From Minisyncoccota bacterium (GTDB lineage Bacteria; Patescibacteriota; Minisyncoccia; UBA6257; 2-01-FULL-56-20): DNA of 36,178 bases. The stretch is from NCBI GenBank assembly GCA_022843285.1, contig JALHNY010000004.1, forward strand, positions 3,107-39,284, written 5' to 3'. The position numbers were made by a program, and so were the translations under genes. Shown piece after piece: positions 26,388 through 34,201 of this stretch (positions are counted from its first letter, which is position 1; the number at the start of each line of letters is the position of its first letter). The notes below the pieces were generated by a model that had not been told where the DNA came from, ran no database searches, and saw only the letters and a list, made by a program, of their open reading frames with translations.

Positions 26388-26455
26388 GGAGTTTTATCTA
26401 AACGGGTTAGTAAGGCGACGTACGACTATTGGCGCGACCTTTACCTTAGCACAGA

Positions 26456-27130
26456 TTACGCGGCTGCCTGCTCGAGCGGCACCACCTGGTAGTCGTCCTC
26501 AGCTTCTACCTTGATGACCTTCACCACTTTCCCGAAAATCTTGAAGTCTTTCTCGAGAATGATAATCGGCTGGTAGCTCTTATCCTTGGACACCGGGCTC
26601 AGCACCACGGCGTTGTCCGCGAACGAGATTTTCTTGATGACCGCGGTGTCCTCGATGATGGCGACCACGAGATCGTTCGGGCTGATGTTCTCGGTCATCT
26701 TCACGAGGACGAAGCTGCCGTCCGGGATGCCGGCGTCCACCATCGACTCACCCGTTGCCCGAATGACGAACAGGTCGCTGCCCTGCCCCTTGATGAAACT
26801 CGAAGCGACGGTGACGTACTCGTCGAAGGTGCGCTCCGCGATGATGCTCGGGCTGCCGCAGCCTGCGGAGGCGAAGACCGGGAGCGAGATGAACTCGTTC
26901 TCCGTTCCGGGATCTTCGATCAGCTCGATCCCCCGCTGCGCGTACCGGTTCCTCTTGATGAGTCCTTTCCTCTCGAGCGCCTCGAGGTACTGGGTGACGG
27001 AGCGAATGGACGCCGCCTCAATCTTGCCCGCGATTTCTCCGAGGGTGGGCGCGTGGCCTTCCGCGACTACCTTGTCCTTGATGAATTCGTATACCTGCTG
27101 CTGCTTCTTGGTGAGCGTACTCTTTCTCAT
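26456..27130 (-). CDS. lexA: SOS repressor LexA
   Basis: LTKKQ..PTLGEI..LEALERKGLI winged helix; SAGCG cleavage region; GESM (catalytic Ser) and VIKK (catalytic Lys). Confidence 0.93.
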   Translation of the reverse strand: MRKSTLTKKQQQVYEFIKDKVVAEGHAPTLGEIAGKIEAASIRSVTQYLEALERKGLIKRNRYAQRGIELIEDPGTENEFISLPVFASAGCGSPSIIAERTFDEYVTVASSFIKGQGSDLFVIRATGESMVDAGIPDGSFVLVKMTENISPNDLVVAIIEDTAVIKKISFADNAVVLSPVSKDKSYQPIIILEKDFKIFGKVVKVIKVEAEDDYQVVPLEQAAA

Positions 27131-27136
27131 ACCCAA

Positions 27137-27180
27137 AGTGTATATACTGTGTACACACAGTCAAACTGAGTTATACACAC
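27137..27180 (-). promoter_or_regulatory. lexA promoter with a candidate operator
   Basis: TTGACT-16 nt-TACACT-6 nt-ATG; imperfect palindrome GTGTATATAC-T-GTGTACACAC at 27138-27158. Confidence 0.65.
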
Positions 27181-27193
27181 CCTCAAACCTCCC

Positions 27194-27646
27194 CTACTTT
27201 GCAGCGTCCCGGCGGTGCATGAGCCACAGGGCAACCAGCTGGATTGCCACCATACCCCCCACGATGGCCCGGTTCATGGTGAGGATGACCTCACCCAGCC
27301 AGACGGATCGGACCGCCTCCCGCAGAAACTCGGGGAGAACCGGCAGCACGAAGGCGGCGCAAATGATGCCCATGACGGCCAGGGGTACGAGGTGGATCAT
27401 CAGCCGCCGCTTGGAGACCGTGAACCGCAGGAGGTACGCGGTGGCGAACATGGGCAGCAGGACCAGGAGAATCTCCCCGTACCCGCCCGAGGTGCGAGCG
27501 ACAGCATCTAGGTCGTGCCCGAAGTAGCGACCCAGCAGCTCCCCCGCCATGAGGCTGAAGAACAGGTGCGAGAAGCTCACGCGGAAGCCAACTCCCAGGA
27601 TGAGCGGGAGGGCGAGCGTCAGGTACAGGATGATGTCACCGAGCAT
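27194..27646 (-). CDS. Hypothetical multi-pass membrane protein
   Basis: About five hydrophobic helices; TATAAT 7 nt before ATG. Confidence 0.75.
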   Translation of the reverse strand: MLGDIILYLTLALPLILGVGFRVSFSHLFFSLMAGELLGRYFGHDLDAVARTSGGYGEILLVLLPMFATAYLLRFTVSKRRLMIHLVPLAVMGIICAAFVLPVLPEFLREAVRSVWLGEVILTMNRAIVGGMVAIQLVALWLMHRRDAAK

Positions 27647-27693
27647 GTGAAGAATTATATGCTAGTTGATAAACCTCATAGCGACACGGGCCT

Positions 27694-28233
27694 TCAATTG
27701 CTCAGGCGCGCCATCACCCTTTCCGAGATCTCTTCCCAGCTCATCTCTTCAGTCACCACAATAGGATTCTCATCCTCTCCGGGCCTCTCGAACTCGTTTG
27801 CGTCTTCAATGAGCCAAGCTGAAGGCACATCGTGGCGCTCCTTGGTCACTTGGTTCTGCGCTTTGCGGCTCAACAAAACCGGCCTGGGAATGTTGAGGTA
27901 AATTAAAACAACTGCGCTCTCCATTTTCTGGCCCAGTTTGCATAGCTCCTCTCGTTGCCTCCGGAAAAGCAGGTTGTCGTCGACAACAACCGAGTGCCCC
28001 AAGCTCAGGTGGATACTGATTCCCTGCACTGCTACAGACCAGAAATGATTCCAAAGTTCAGCATCGTCTTCATCGGGAGTAGAATCGAGCGCCAAAGAGT
28101 CTTTCAAGCTGAAATAAATCATGTCTCGACCGACTACGTGAGCATTGAATGCCTCGCTCAGTTTTTGCGACAGGGACGACTTGCCTGAAAATGCTTCGCC
28201 GCACAGCATGAAAAGCTTGCCCGGTTCATTCAT
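27694..28233 (-). CDS. P-loop kinase/ATPase (AAA_33-like)
   Basis: GEAFSGKS Walker A, SVVVDD, R..R, FERP. Confidence 0.85.
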   Translation of the reverse strand: MNEPGKLFMLCGEAFSGKSSLSQKLSEAFNAHVVGRDMIYFSLKDSLALDSTPDEDDAELWNHFWSVAVQGISIHLSLGHSVVVDDNLLFRRQREELCKLGQKMESAVVLIYLNIPRPVLLSRKAQNQVTKERHDVPSAWLIEDANEFERPGEDENPIVVTEEMSWEEISERVMARLSN

Positions 28234-28290
28234 AAGGCCAGTATACCAAGCGACAACAGAGTGGCTGGCGCAGTGGGACGTTATTGGAAC

Positions 28291-29004
28291 CTACTTACTC
28301 TTTTTGGCTTCCTTGTGAGCAACGATTTTTGTTGCCAACTCGTGATTCATATCAAAAATCTTCTTGGTACAAATTTCGGTTAATTTTGACCTACTCATTA
28401 CCTCTCTCTTCCAGTCGTGACACCAGGCACGGAATTCTGCCTCATTAGTTGCAAGAGGAGTCTTAGGGCGTAGGAAGTGGTCAAAGCTTTGACTGTAATA
28501 CAAACGATGAGTTAGAGAATTTCTATCTTCGATCACCTTGCCGAGGGCTTTCTTATCGTCAAATTTCTCGACTACAGCCAGAAGCTTTGCGTCGATTACT
28601 GAGGGGCTGTTTTTAATAAATTTAATCTTCACGTCGTGGTCATCGAAACCCAATACAAGAACAGCGTTGATAAATTTCAATACTTTCTCACGGAAGGCAT
28701 AGGCTCTGAAACAGAAGTTTTCATAGTGATACACAAACTCGGCTACCTGACGAAATCCTTCCGAAGGTACCGGAGTGAATCCGCTTTCTTGTGGAATCGA
28801 TTTGATAATGAAAGAACAAATCTGTGCGCTGTATTGCACTTTTTCATTGGCATACCGTAAATCACTCATCAATCTAACAAGCTCATCACGATATTCTTTT
28901 GTCTTACTTTTTCGTGGAAAGTATCGTGCCGGAATTTCCTGTATGTGTAGTTTTTTACTACCCGAAATTGGCGCCTTCCGTGCTCGCGTTTTCTTGGTAG
29001 CCAT
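28291..29004 (-). CDS. HEPN-domain protein (Cthe_2314-like), putative RNase
   Basis: RNSLTH (RxxxxH) motif; YHYENFCFRAYAFREKVLKFINAVL helix typical of this family. Confidence 0.75.
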   Translation of the reverse strand: MATKKTRARKAPISGSKKLHIQEIPARYFPRKSKTKEYRDELVRLMSDLRYANEKVQYSAQICSFIIKSIPQESGFTPVPSEGFRQVAEFVYHYENFCFRAYAFREKVLKFINAVLVLGFDDHDVKIKFIKNSPSVIDAKLLAVVEKFDDKKALGKVIEDRNSLTHRLYYSQSFDHFLRPKTPLATNEAEFRAWCHDWKREVMSRSKLTEICTKKIFDMNHELATKIVAHKEAKKSK

Positions 29005-29069
29005 TATTCGGATTGTATCCTAAATCTGCTGGGCTGTCCGAGCCGGGAATTTCTATAAGCCAATCGTAC

Positions 29070-29096
29070 TAAGGGCCGTTCGATGAACGGCCCTTA
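29070..29096. repeat. Perfect 12-bp inverted repeat in an island spacer
   Basis: TAAGGGCCGTTC-GAT-GAACGGCCCTTA. Confidence 0.8.
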
Positions 29097-29130
29097 AGCG
29101 CCTCCGACGCAGTCCGGACGGATAAAATCC

Positions 29131-29383
29131 TTAGTGATTTTCTTCGATTTTGGCATCAGGCTCCCAGGCGCTGAGATACTTATGGAACTCAGCAACAGCG
29201 TCTTCAAGGCGATCAAATTCAACATTAGGTCTTTCTTGAACCAGTTGCGGCCTGATTATTCATCTTGCAGTCCCAGCAATCGAATACGAACTGATTCTCT
29301 TTGACAAAGACACTGTAAACGCGATAGCTGCCATCACTTTCCTTGGGAGATTTATATTGCTTGATAGCATCAGAGCGTTCCAT
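29131..29383 (-). pseudogene. Probable interrupted small gene (frameshift or internal stop)
   Basis: MERSDAIKQYKSPKESDGSYRVYSVFVKENQFVFDCWDCK continues in the +1 frame as IIRPQLVQERPNVEFDRLEDAVAEFHKYLSAWEPDAKIEENH*; span 253 nt = 3n+1. Confidence 0.4.
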
Positions 29384-29738
29384 CTTGATCAGCAGAATTG
29401 CGTTCAGTGTATGACGCACAATCGCAGCCATCAATCTCGCACTCCGAATCAGGCGTATACTTGGGAATGGCTGAGCCGGGCGGAACCAGCGACATGCCGC
29501 GGCCATGTACTTCGCGCGCATGTCCGCATTCGCAGATTTTCTGCATCCTCTCCATATATGACTCTTCTTTCGAGCCTGATTCGATGATCTTACCTTCGTT
29601 GCCACAGCCGCTTTCTACGCATTGGGAAGAAACCTTTCCATCCCACTTTTGGGAGTCTTCTCCTTCGCGCTTTCTAGCTGCGAAAGGACCAATTTGCTTC
29701 ATCTGCTTGCCGCAAGCAGTGCACGTCATCTCGTTCAT
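29370..29738 (-). CDS. Cys/His-rich double zinc-finger hypothetical protein (122 aa)
   Basis: ATG overlaps the Ham1 gene stop (TAATG); CTAC...CVESGC and CECGH....H...CEIDGCDC. Confidence 0.7.
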   Translation of the reverse strand: MNEMTCTACGKQMKQIGPFAARKREGEDSQKWDGKVSSQCVESGCGNEGKIIESGSKEESYMERMQKICECGHAREVHGRGMSLVPPGSAIPKYTPDSECEIDGCDCASYTERNSADQDGTL

Positions 29739-30280
29739 TAGCGATTTATGACTAGATGCTTTCTCAGCTTCTCGAACGCGATTCTGCGCATGCTGACAGT
29801 ATTCTTCTCCTCCTGCGTGAACTCGGCGAAGGTCTTGTCGTAGCCTTCCGGCTGGAATATCGGATCCCACCCGAAGCCGTTGTCACCGCGCGGTGGAACA
29901 ATCGTGCCGCGAAACGAGCCCTCGAAAAATTCCGCCTTGCCGTCTCCGTCCGCGTAGCCGATGACCACCCTTGCCTCACAACCGGTATTAGCGAAGGCTT
30001 CGGCCATCTTCGCCAGCCCTTCGTTGCCGACAGTCTTCATGAACCATTTGATGAGTGGACCCGGGAGACCGTTGAGTCCGTCCAGATAGAGCGAGGTGTC
30101 CTCGACGATGAAGCTGCCCGGCTGCGTTTTCACTGCCTCGGCCAGCTTTGCTTCAATGATCTTTCGAGCATCGATGTCCTGAATCTCTGGCAAATCCAGG
30201 TCGATCCCCTGAATCTCGCCAAGAATGGCACGGGCCTCTGCGAGCTTGCCTTCGTTACCTGTGACGAAAAGTAGATCCAT
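29738..30280 (-). CDS. Non-canonical purine NTP pyrophosphatase (Ham1/RdgB/ITPase family)
   Basis: [45 protein letters not shown]. Confidence 0.95.
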   Translation of the reverse strand: MDLLFVTGNEGKLAEARAILGEIQGIDLDLPEIQDIDARKIIEAKLAEAVKTQPGSFIVEDTSLYLDGLNGLPGPLIKWFMKTVGNEGLAKMAEAFANTGCEARVVIGYADGDGKAEFFEGSFRGTIVPPRGDNGFGWDPIFQPEGYDKTFAEFTQEEKNTVSMRRIAFEKLRKHLVINR

Positions 30281-30346
30281 GGGCCAATGGTATCAGCCCC
30301 GATGAAGCCATGCGAAATCCTGTTCTTGTGCTGAATGGTAAACAAA

Positions 30347-31132
30347 TCAGCCCAACCTCTTTTGATCACGCATCCGTTTGAGATGCTTCGTTAGCATCTC
30401 TACTTCATTGCTCGTTTCAAAGTCTTCCCATTCTAGAACGAAGACCGGCGAGCCTTGCTTGAGCGCAAAAGGTAAAAGGTCTCCCAAATTTGAGTTGTTG
30501 AGCGGGCTCGCGAAGGCTTTGTATCCATTAGGTAAGTTAAGAATCCAATATAGCGACTCATTCAGCTCTGTCGGGTATGGGACTTGGGAATACTTCAGGG
30601 AAGCATCCTTTATTGTTTTTGAACGGAAACGAGTGATGAAAACGCCGAAACTATCTTGAGCTGTCGCTAGATTATTAACGACAATTCGCTTCAACATATT
30701 CTGATGAGGATTCGCCGAGTCGACATGGCCGTACTCTTCGCGCTGAGAAATACTTGCTCGCCATACGAGAGAGAGGAAGAAATTCTTAAGGACCTGAGGA
30801 TCAGCCCCTGGTAGCACGTACACGCTCCCTTCCGGCATTTCCTTGAAAACCTGGAGCGGGGTCTCCAATAAGTATCTCTTTGCTGGACCATCATAGAGCC
30901 TCCCTATTAGCTCATCGCAAGACTGACAAAGAATCTGGTCATCATAAATGCCAATTCGGCTCCTTCTCGTTCTGCTCTCGGAACCGGAAACGAGAAGCAA
31001 AGGCGCATCGTTATTAACACGCCCATCTGGATATAAAGCCCGATAAGCCCATTCAGGATAAATATGTGCCTTGATAAGCTGGCGCTCTTGGCCGCATGAC
31101 TCACAAATACCAGTCACTGACTTGCTACTCAT
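30347..31132 (-). CDS. Hypothetical protein with an N-terminal HNH-like Zn/His motif
   Basis: CESC...LIKAHIYP...ILCQSCD; FFLSLVWRA helix. Confidence 0.65.
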   Translation of the reverse strand: MSSKSVTGICESCGQERQLIKAHIYPEWAYRALYPDGRVNNDAPLLLVSGSESRTRRSRIGIYDDQILCQSCDELIGRLYDGPAKRYLLETPLQVFKEMPEGSVYVLPGADPQVLKNFFLSLVWRASISQREEYGHVDSANPHQNMLKRIVVNNLATAQDSFGVFITRFRSKTIKDASLKYSQVPYPTELNESLYWILNLPNGYKAFASPLNNSNLGDLLPFALKQGSPVFVLEWEDFETSNEVEMLTKHLKRMRDQKRLG

Positions 31133-31141
31133 ATTACTCAA

Positions 31142-31702
31142 TCAGAATGCGTTACCAAATTTCGTGAAACCCCTTTGATCCTTAAATTCAATCTCCCAGA
31201 TTACCGCTCCCTCAGCAGCCGGCCTGAAGCAGAATGAGCTGATATTCGGTACAGGGTTCTGAATCGGCTGGTCAGCTAAAACTTTGACGAGATTTCCGAC
31301 GAATGAAAGCCAGCCTTCTTCGTCCACAAATACATCGTCAGGAAGACCAAGATCTCGCATCAAGGCGATAATCTCATTACGTAGTTCGCGAGCATAAATG
31401 AATTCAAGATGTTCAGCGGTCATCAATAATTGATGATTTGCCGCGATATCCTGCGGTACTGACTTATCGACTAGCTCCATAATTACTTGAATTGCCGGCG
31501 TAATTTTCGACTTCGCCGTATGCACTGACCAGTCCGCGTAGAACCTGACCGTCTGAAATGCCGAGACTCCCGTCGCCTCATGGTGTCTATCCAGTATTTT
31601 CCTTAGCTCAACGAGGAAATAAACCACTTCCGCTTCGTTCGTAAATTTGAATCCCGGCTGACCAAGAAGCTCTGCGAGCTTACGAGTGATATCGATTTGC
31701 AT
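31142..31702 (-). CDS. Hypothetical protein, first gene of the island
   Basis: EAEVVYFLVELRKILD...RFYADWSVH; TAGAAT 6 nt before ATG 31702. Confidence 0.75.
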   Translation of the reverse strand: MQIDITRKLAELLGQPGFKFTNEAEVVYFLVELRKILDRHHEATGVSAFQTVRFYADWSVHTAKSKITPAIQVIMELVDKSVPQDIAANHQLLMTAEHLEFIYARELRNEIIALMRDLGLPDDVFVDEEGWLSFVGNLVKVLADQPIQNPVPNISSFCFRPAAEGAVIWEIEFKDQRGFTKFGNAF

Positions 31703-31761
31703 GGGCATATTCTACGCCCTACTCCTTAAGCAGTCTGGACGCACGACAACGTGTCCTATAT

Positions 31762-31835
31762 TGGCTGCGGGACTAGGACTCGAACCTAGATACTACGCTC
31801 CAGAGGCGCATGTCCTACCATTAGACGATCCCGCA
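31762..31835 (-). tRNA. tRNA-Gln(CTG), CCA encoded
   Basis: Reverse complement TGCGGGA...TGCGC-CTCTGGA-GCGTA...CTAGG-TTCGAGT-CCTAG-TCCCGCA-G-CCA. Confidence 0.96.
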
Positions 31836-31888
31836 CGGTGCCGGGGTACTGTACACCGCACCCCGGCCAGCTTCAAGAAATCCGGGAG

Positions 31889-32890
31889 TTACGGCGTGAC
31901 GACCCCCGCCACGATGAGCCCTACGAGAATGACACCCGCAATGCCTCCCAGAATGAGGGAGAGCTTCATGAGGGTCGGAGACTTCTCCTCGCCCGGGTTC
32001 ATGCCCTTCAGCTCCAGGTAGGTGGCGTACACCACGCCCGCAAAGATCGGGCCGGCGAGGAACTCGTACACCTGGTTCAGGAAATCAGAGACGTCCTTGC
32101 CGAAGATGCCGCCGATGATGCCGAACACGATTGCAGCCGGAAGGAAGAGAATCACGCCGGTGAAGATGAAACGCCACAGCGTCCACCACAGGTGCGGGCG
32201 CACGAGCTGCCCCGCACGGCGGAGCGCCGCCATGCCCTTCCCCTTCTCCGCAATGGCAATCATCGGGAGGACGGCGAACGCCGTGCCCAGCAGGATGCCC
32301 GGCACCACGAAGCCGATGACGCCGATTACCACGAACACGGTCGCGAGAATCGAGATCCAGATGTAGCTCGGCACGAGCGGCCACGTGGACTTGTACGCGG
32401 TCCTGATGCGCATGTCAGATTGCTCCTCGCCGCGCACCCAGCGCCAGGCCATGACCTGCGCGAGCGCCATCCAGGTCGAGATGATGAGCATCACCGCGCC
32501 GATCACCACCGCGCCGGAAATGACCGTCGCGACGAAGCTCGGGCTCGAAATGGCACGCGCGAAGAACTCGGTCGTGTTGCTCACGTTGGTGAAGAGGCCG
32601 GAAGCGAAACCGGCGCCCACGACCCCCGCCCCGCCGATGAGCGCGGTAACCGCCATCGCGCCACCGCCAATCAGCGACACGCCCACGAAGAGCTTCCAGT
32701 GCTCCTTCCACTTGTGAAACGTCTCGACGAGGAGCGGCCAGGTCGGCTTCAGCTCCTCTCCCCTGTACGGGTCCGAGGCGGGAGACTTCTCCTCCTTCAC
32801 CTCAACTTTTTCTTCTGTTTGAGTCACCTCTCCGGCGCGGGCTTCCTCACCCGCCACCTCGTCCAGGTGCTCCTTTTGGCTGTCTGTCAT
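31889..32890 (-). CDS. Hypothetical multi-pass membrane protein with an acidic N-terminus
   Basis: About seven TM segments; GFVVPGI and EKGKGMAALRRAGQLV patterns seen in DUF975/GDPD-membrane-like families. Confidence 0.75.
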   Translation of the reverse strand: MTDSQKEHLDEVAGEEARAGEVTQTEEKVEVKEEKSPASDPYRGEELKPTWPLLVETFHKWKEHWKLFVGVSLIGGGAMAVTALIGGAGVVGAGFASGLFTNVSNTTEFFARAISSPSFVATVISGAVVIGAVMLIISTWMALAQVMAWRWVRGEEQSDMRIRTAYKSTWPLVPSYIWISILATVFVVIGVIGFVVPGILLGTAFAVLPMIAIAEKGKGMAALRRAGQLVRPHLWWTLWRFIFTGVILFLPAAIVFGIIGGIFGKDVSDFLNQVYEFLAGPIFAGVVYATYLELKGMNPGEEKSPTLMKLSLILGGIAGVILVGLIVAGVVTP

Positions 32891-32908
32891 AGAAAAATGG
32901 TACCAGAA

Positions 32909-34201
32909 TCAGACCGCCTCGGCACGGGCATCATCCCAGCGACTCCCGCGCCTGGCGAGGTGCTCGCTGTCTCCGCGGTCCTCCAGCAGCTCCTCCGTCA
33001 CCCGCTCCAGGAAGAGCGTGTTCTGGGACCCCTTGATGAGCACGGCGTCACCAGCTTCGAGGAAACCCTCGAGCTCCGGCATCAGGTCCACCGCCCTGGC
33101 AAACCCGCGAACCTCGACGCCCAAGTCCTCGAGCTCCGGCTTCAGGTACGAGACCATCGCCGGACCCACGAGCACGGCGAGGTCCGCGCTGCCCGAGACG
33201 GCGTGCGCCAGCTTGCGGTGCGCCTCCGGCGCGTGGTCCCCGAGCTCGCGCATGTCACCCAGGATCGCTACCCGGCGGCGCGACCCGGCGACGTCCTTCA
33301 GGAGCGCGAGCGCGTCCGATACCGCAGCCGGCGTCGCGTTGTACGAGGAGTCGATCAGGAGCCTCCCCTCTCTGCCGCGCAGCACCCTGCCGCGCCCGGC
33401 CGGCACGTGCCAGCTCTTCGCGATTGCCATGAGCGCCTCGCGCATCGGCACCCCGGACTGGTGCGCGGCGGCAGCCGCGAGCGTGATGCTCATGCACGAC
33501 GCGCGGGAGAGCGTCTGGTGCAGGCGCACCGGGTACGTGACGCCGTGCGTGAAGATGTCGAACTCGGTCGCCTCGGGCGAGACGCGGTAGCGCATGAGCT
33601 CGTAGTCCACGCCCTCGTGGCTCGCCACCTTCACGGCACGTGCCGAGACGTCCTTCATGCGGTCCGCCACGCGCGGGTCGTCCGTGCAGGCAATGGCGAT
33701 GCCCGTCTGGGGAACCGCGTCGATGAGCTGGAACTCCTCCGCGGCAATTTGGTCCATGACCTCCTCGAGCGTCCCCTCGAAGTACCCCGCGTGCTCGAGC
33801 GCGACGTTGGTGAGCACCGCGACGTCCGGCACGCGGATGCGCAGCAGCCTCGCCATGTCCCCGGGGTGGTCTATGCCGTACTCGGCGACGTACGCGTCGT
33901 ACTTCTCCCACCGGGTGAGCACGCGGATGGGCGCGAGCACCATGGCCCGCAGCCAGCCCGCCGCGCCGTACCCGGTCATGGAGATGCCGAGGATCGCGAG
34001 CGGCACGCCCGTGTCCGAGTTCAGGCCCACGCCGCTTTTGACCCGTCGCGTCGTGGAGAGCGCCGTCACGATGGCGGACGCCGTTGACGTCTTGCCCGAC
34101 GATCCGCCCACCGCGATGAACTCCGCCCGGTTCTTGGACAGCTGCGCGCGGGCGAAGCGCGAGAGGTACCAGACGACCGCGTGCTTAATCAGGCTACGCA
34201 C
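32909..34201 (-). CDS. murF: UDP-N-acetylmuramoyl-tripeptide--D-Ala-D-Ala ligase (lacks the usual N-terminal domain)
   Basis: GSSGKTST, NSDTGVPL, EYGIDHPGDM, DSSYNATP, ILGDMRELG, LIKGS. Confidence 0.92.
   Translation of the reverse strand: MRSLIKHAVVWYLSRFARAQLSKNRAEFIAVGGSSGKTSTASAIVTALSTTRRVKSGVGLNSDTGVPLAILGISMTGYGAAGWLRAMVLAPIRVLTRWEKYDAYVAEYGIDHPGDMARLLRIRVPDVAVLTNVALEHAGYFEGTLEEVMDQIAAEEFQLIDAVPQTGIAIACTDDPRVADRMKDVSARAVKVASHEGVDYELMRYRVSPEATEFDIFTHGVTYPVRLHQTLSRASCMSITLAAAAAHQSGVPMREALMAIAKSWHVPAGRGRVLRGREGRLLIDSSYNATPAAVSDALALLKDVAGSRRRVAILGDMRELGDHAPEAHRKLAHAVSGSADLAVLVGPAMVSYLKPELEDLGVEVRGFARAVDLMPELEGFLEAGDAVLIKGSQNTLFLERVTEELLEDRGDSEHLARRGSRWDDARAEAV

Larger units (their letters stand above)
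27650..31761. mobile_element. AT-richer accessory island downstream of tRNA-Gln; no integrase seen; left boundary approximate
   Basis: Visible drop in GC relative to the flanks; all genes co-oriented; HEPN and HNH-like cargo; starts at a tRNA 3' end. Confidence 0.55.

Noticed and set aside
28260-28280. Possible attR copy of the tRNA-Gln 3' end (GTCCC...CAGCCA)
   Set aside because: Only short interrupted matches; too weak to call an att site.
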